A stretch of DNA of 64,000 bases from Waltera intestinalis (GTDB lineage: Bacteria > Bacteroidota > Bacteroidia > Bacteroidales > Bacteroidaceae). The notes beneath the pieces are model-generated. The model had not been told where the DNA came from. It searched no databases and was given only the letters and a program-made list of their open reading frames with translations. The translations under genes were made by a program, and so were the position numbers. The stretch is from the NCBI GenBank assembly GCA_963628185.1, contig CAVGEN010000029.1, positions 16,088 through 80,087 of the forward strand. The letters are read 5' to 3'. The stretch's first letter is position 1; each line of letters begins with the position of its first letter. This document shows positions 61,034 through 64,000 of the stretch, piece after piece.

Positions 61034-62506
61034 TCAGCTCCTCACCAGATTTCTTCCTGCATCTATTCGCAGGAAGATGAACAGCAGGATGGTGAAGCCC
61101 CAGAGCGAACTGCCGCCGTAACTGAAGAACGGAAGAGGAATGCCGATGACAGGCGTCAGCCCTAGCACCATACCCACGTTGATAAACAAGTGGAAGAGGA
61201 ATACCGAGAGCACGCAATAGCCATAGACTCGCCCAAACTTGAAGGGTTGCCGCTCCGCCAGCCGAATCAAGCGCAATATCAACGCCAGGAAGAGCAGAAG
61301 CACGCCTGCCGAACCGAGGAATCCCTCCTCCTCGCCCACCGTGCAGAAGATGAAGTCGGTGTCCTGCTCGGGCACGAACTTGAGCTTGGTCTGCGTGCCG
61401 TTCAGAAAACCCTTTCCCTGCAAGCCGCCCGACCCGATGGCTATCTCGCTCTGATGCACATTGTAGCCAGCACCCGCCAAGTCTTCGTCGAGACCGAGAA
61501 GCACGTTGATACGCACTCGCTGGTGAGGCTCCATCACGTTGTTGAGCACATAGTCGGCCGAATAGAAGAAGGCGATGCTACCCAAGGCGAACACCGCGAT
61601 GAAATAGTAATTGCGGAGGCGTGTCGCCAAGCCTTGATATACCAAGAAGCCTATCATTGCCGCGCACAACGCCAACTGCACCCACACGATGTCGAACGGA
61701 ATCACGTAGGTCGAGAAGAGCAGGAAGATGAGCGTGATGCCCACGCCATAGCCCAAGATAACAAAGGTATGCTTCTTATTGCCCGTATAGGAGTTGACCA
61801 TGCCGGCCGTGAATATCTGTACCAAGAGCAAGACCACAAACTTGCCCACAGAGGTGTAGGTGTCCCACATCATCACATTCTCGTACTTCACGCCGACCAC
61901 GAAATACGCCACCATCGACACACCCGTGAAGAGCACCGCCCCAGGCATTCCCTCGCGATAGAGCATGAGGAAGAAAGCCGAATAGACCAGCGCAGAGCCC
62001 GTCTCCCTCTGCCCGACGATACATATCATCGGCAAGACGATGATGCCCACCGCCGCCATGAAATGCTTCGGCTTGTGGATATTGAACCCATAGGTTGACA
62101 TAAACTTGGCGACCGCCAACGCCGTGGCAAACTTGCCGAACTCGGCGGGTTGCAGTCGCAAAGGTCCCAATACAAGCCACGAGTGCGAACCCTTGATGCT
62201 GTGCGGATTGAATATCGTGGCGAAGAGCAGGAGTATCAGCACCGCATAGATGACATACGAGAAGGTGTCGTAGAATCGGTCGTCGAGCATCAGGATGACA
62301 AATCCGAGTGCTATCGACGTACCTATCCAGATGATTTGCATGCCCGAGCGAGTGCCGAGGCTGAATATATCATTGTCGCCATACGTGTAGCTGGCACCGC
62401 AGACGCTGATCCACCCGAAGGCGAGCAGCGCCAGGTAAATGCCTATCGTCCACCAGTCGAGTGAGCGAAGCACGCTGGGTTGTCTATTATCTGCTTGACG
62501 AGCCAT
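61034..62506 (-). CDS. rodA: Rod shape-determining protein RodA
   Basis: QPAEFGK, PEQDTDFIF, PVIGIPLPFFSYGGSS. Confidence 0.95.
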   Translation of the reverse strand: MARQADNRQPSVLRSLDWWTIGIYLALLAFGWISVCGASYTYGDNDIFSLGTRSGMQIIWIGTSIALGFVILMLDDRFYDTFSYVIYAVLILLLFATIFNPHSIKGSHSWLVLGPLRLQPAEFGKFATALAVAKFMSTYGFNIHKPKHFMAAVGIIVLPMICIVGQRETGSALVYSAFFLMLYREGMPGAVLFTGVSMVAYFVVGVKYENVMMWDTYTSVGKFVVLLLVQIFTAGMVNSYTGNKKHTFVILGYGVGITLIFLLFSTYVIPFDIVWVQLALCAAMIGFLVYQGLATRLRNYYFIAVFALGSIAFFYSADYVLNNVMEPHQRVRINVLLGLDEDLAGAGYNVHQSEIAIGSGGLQGKGFLNGTQTKLKFVPEQDTDFIFCTVGEEEGFLGSAGVLLLFLALILRLIRLAERQPFKFGRVYGYCVLSVFLFHLFINVGMVLGLTPVIGIPLPFFSYGGSSLWGFTILLFIFLRIDAGRNLVRS

Positions 62507-64000
62507 AAGCTATTCTTCTATTTTGCATTTGTGCAGCCTGCGCCTCCGACGACGGCGAGAGCTTGCCTTTGAGATATTGTTCCATCATCAGTCCGCCGAT
62601 GGGCACACCATAGTCGGCGCCCCATCCACCATTCTCCACATACACGGCGATGGCTATCCGAGGGTTGTTCATCGGAGCGAATCCCATGAACACGGAGTGG
62701 TCGTGGCCACGGTTCTGCGCCGTACCCGTCTTGCCGCAAGGCTCGAAGTCGTACCGGGCGAGCATCTTGCAGGTGCCTCGCAGAGCCGAGCTTCTCATGC
62801 CTGCCACCACATAGTCGTAAGCCCGTCGGGTGGCCTTGGTCACATGCTTGCGGGTGTAGAGCGTGTCGAGCGGTTCGCCCTTCACCTTCCTCACCACGTG
62901 GGGCACGTAGTAATAGCCGCGGTTGGCGATGGTTGCGCCGAGGTTGGCTATCTGCAAAGGCGTGAGGTTCACCTCGCCCTGCCCGATGGAGATACTGATG
63001 ATGGTGAGTCCGTTCCAGGAGCCCTTGTAGGCCTTGTCGTAGTAAGGTGCGTTCGGTATCAAGCCTCGCTTCTCGCCCGGCAAGTCGATGCCGAGCTTGT
63101 AGCCGAAGCCCATGCTCACCATGTAGTCCTTCCAAGTAGTCATTGCGTTCTGCACCGAGCCATACTTGTGCTTGTTGCCCATCATATAATAGAGTCCCCA
63201 GCAGAAGTAGCCGTTGCAAGAGGTGCTGATGGCATCCACGAGGGCTATGGGCGAAGCGTGGCCGTGGCAGCCCACGTGAAGCCCCTTGTAGCTGAATCCG
63301 TGATGGCAGGGGAACGACGTGCCCGGCGTGATGATGCCTTCCGAGAGGTAGGTCAGCGCCTGCGTGGTCTTGAAGGTGGAGCCGGGGGGATACTGTCCCA
63401 TGATGCTACGGTTCAGGAGCGGTTTCCAAGGGTTCTGCGAGAGCCACTTGTGCATCTTTCCCCTTTGCTTGCCCACCAGCCGGCGGGGGTCGTAGGTCGG
63501 GGAGGAAACCATGGCCAAGACCTCTCCCGTGCGAGGGTCGATGGCGACGATGCTTCCTATCTTGCCTTGCAGCAACCGCTCGCCCAAGGCCTGCAGGTTC
63601 ACGTCGATGCCGAGCGTGAGGTCCTTGCCCGCTACAGGCCGCTGGTCGAGCTTGCCGTCCTGGTAGCTCCCCTGTATGCGGCCCCGCGCGTCGCGAAGCA
63701 TGATCTTCACGCCCTTCTGTCCACGGAGTTGCTTCTCGTAGGCTTTCTCCAGGCCGAGCTTGCCGATATAGTCGCCGGGCTGGTAGTAGTCGTCGTCCTC
63801 GATGTCGCTCTCCGACACCTCGCCCACGTCGCCGAGCACATGGGCGGCATAGGGATAGGTATATTCGCGGATGCTTCGCTTCTGCACATAGAAGCCGGGG
63901 AAGCGGAACATCTTTTCCTGGAACACGCTGAAGTCCTTGTCGGAGAGCTGGGTCATGAAGAGCTGCTGGGTGTATCGGGAATACCCCGGGTTCTTGCTCC
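62487..64000 (-). CDS. mrdA: Penicillin-binding protein 2 (5' end outside the window)
   Basis: PGSTFK (SxxK), SCN (SxN), KTG motifs; immediately upstream of rodA. Confidence 0.95.
   Translation of the reverse strand, partial: SKNPGYSRYTQQLFMTQLSDKDFSVFQEKMFRFPGFYVQKRSIREYTYPYAAHVLGDVGEVSESDIEDDDYYQPGDYIGKLGLEKAYEKQLRGQKGVKIMLRDARGRIQGSYQDGKLDQRPVAGKDLTLGIDVNLQALGERLLQGKIGSIVAIDPRTGEVLAMVSSPTYDPRRLVGKQRGKMHKWLSQNPWKPLLNRSIMGQYPPGSTFKTTQALTYLSEGIITPGTSFPCHHGFSYKGLHVGCHGHASPIALVDAISTSCNGYFCWGLYYMMGNKHKYGSVQNAMTTWKDYMVSMGFGYKLGIDLPGEKRGLIPNAPYYDKAYKGSWNGLTIISISIGQGEVNLTPLQIANLGATIANRGYYYVPHVVRKVKGEPLDTLYTRKHVTKATRRAYDYVVAGMRSSALRGTCKMLARYDFEPCGKTGTAQNRGHDHSVFMGFAPMNNPRIAIAVYVENGGWGADYGVPIGGLMMEQYLKGKLSPSSEAQAAQMQNRRIAYGSSSR

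Overview
A 64-kb chromosomal segment of a Bacteroidales bacterium, most consistent with Prevotella/Segatella (TAnnTTTG -7 promoters, A-rich translation starts, T9SS genes, HTCS). The left 9 kb is a plant-glycan locus: GH3 beta-xylosidase (partial), a hybrid two-component system, a PL1 pectate lyase and an ECF sigma factor. The rest is mostly housekeeping: typA, rpsO, the ftsX-uppP-truB-queA-folK operon, an RND efflux operon ending in an lpxA-like gene, cca, DUF1599/DoxX-tpiA, folE, xth, aroA, porW-like/porX/tsaE, trxA, dnaE, psd/pssA, pyrH, birA, tdk, tRNA-Lys, xylE, metF, holB, a PSP1/RicT gene, gldH, rodA and mrdA (partial). I see no prophage, intact transposase or CRISPR array. The most notable observations are: (1) an HTCS lacking its entire HATPase domain; (2) a 10-bp-phased DnaA-box array between queA and folK with no visible GC-skew switch; (3) an in-frame DoxX/CGC membrane protein-triosephosphate isomerase fusion with an apparent internal start; (4) a divergent LpxA paralog apparently co-transcribed with an RND pump; (5) a 110-bp inverted-repeat element holding four 21-bp palindromes next to tRNA-Lys; (6) a 33-bp repeat dispersed at gene 3' ends; (7) a 22-bp inverted-repeat cassette upstream of the PSP1 gene; (8) a truncated XRE/HipB-like remnant with its promoter and operator-like sites. 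All calls were made by eye, without database searches.
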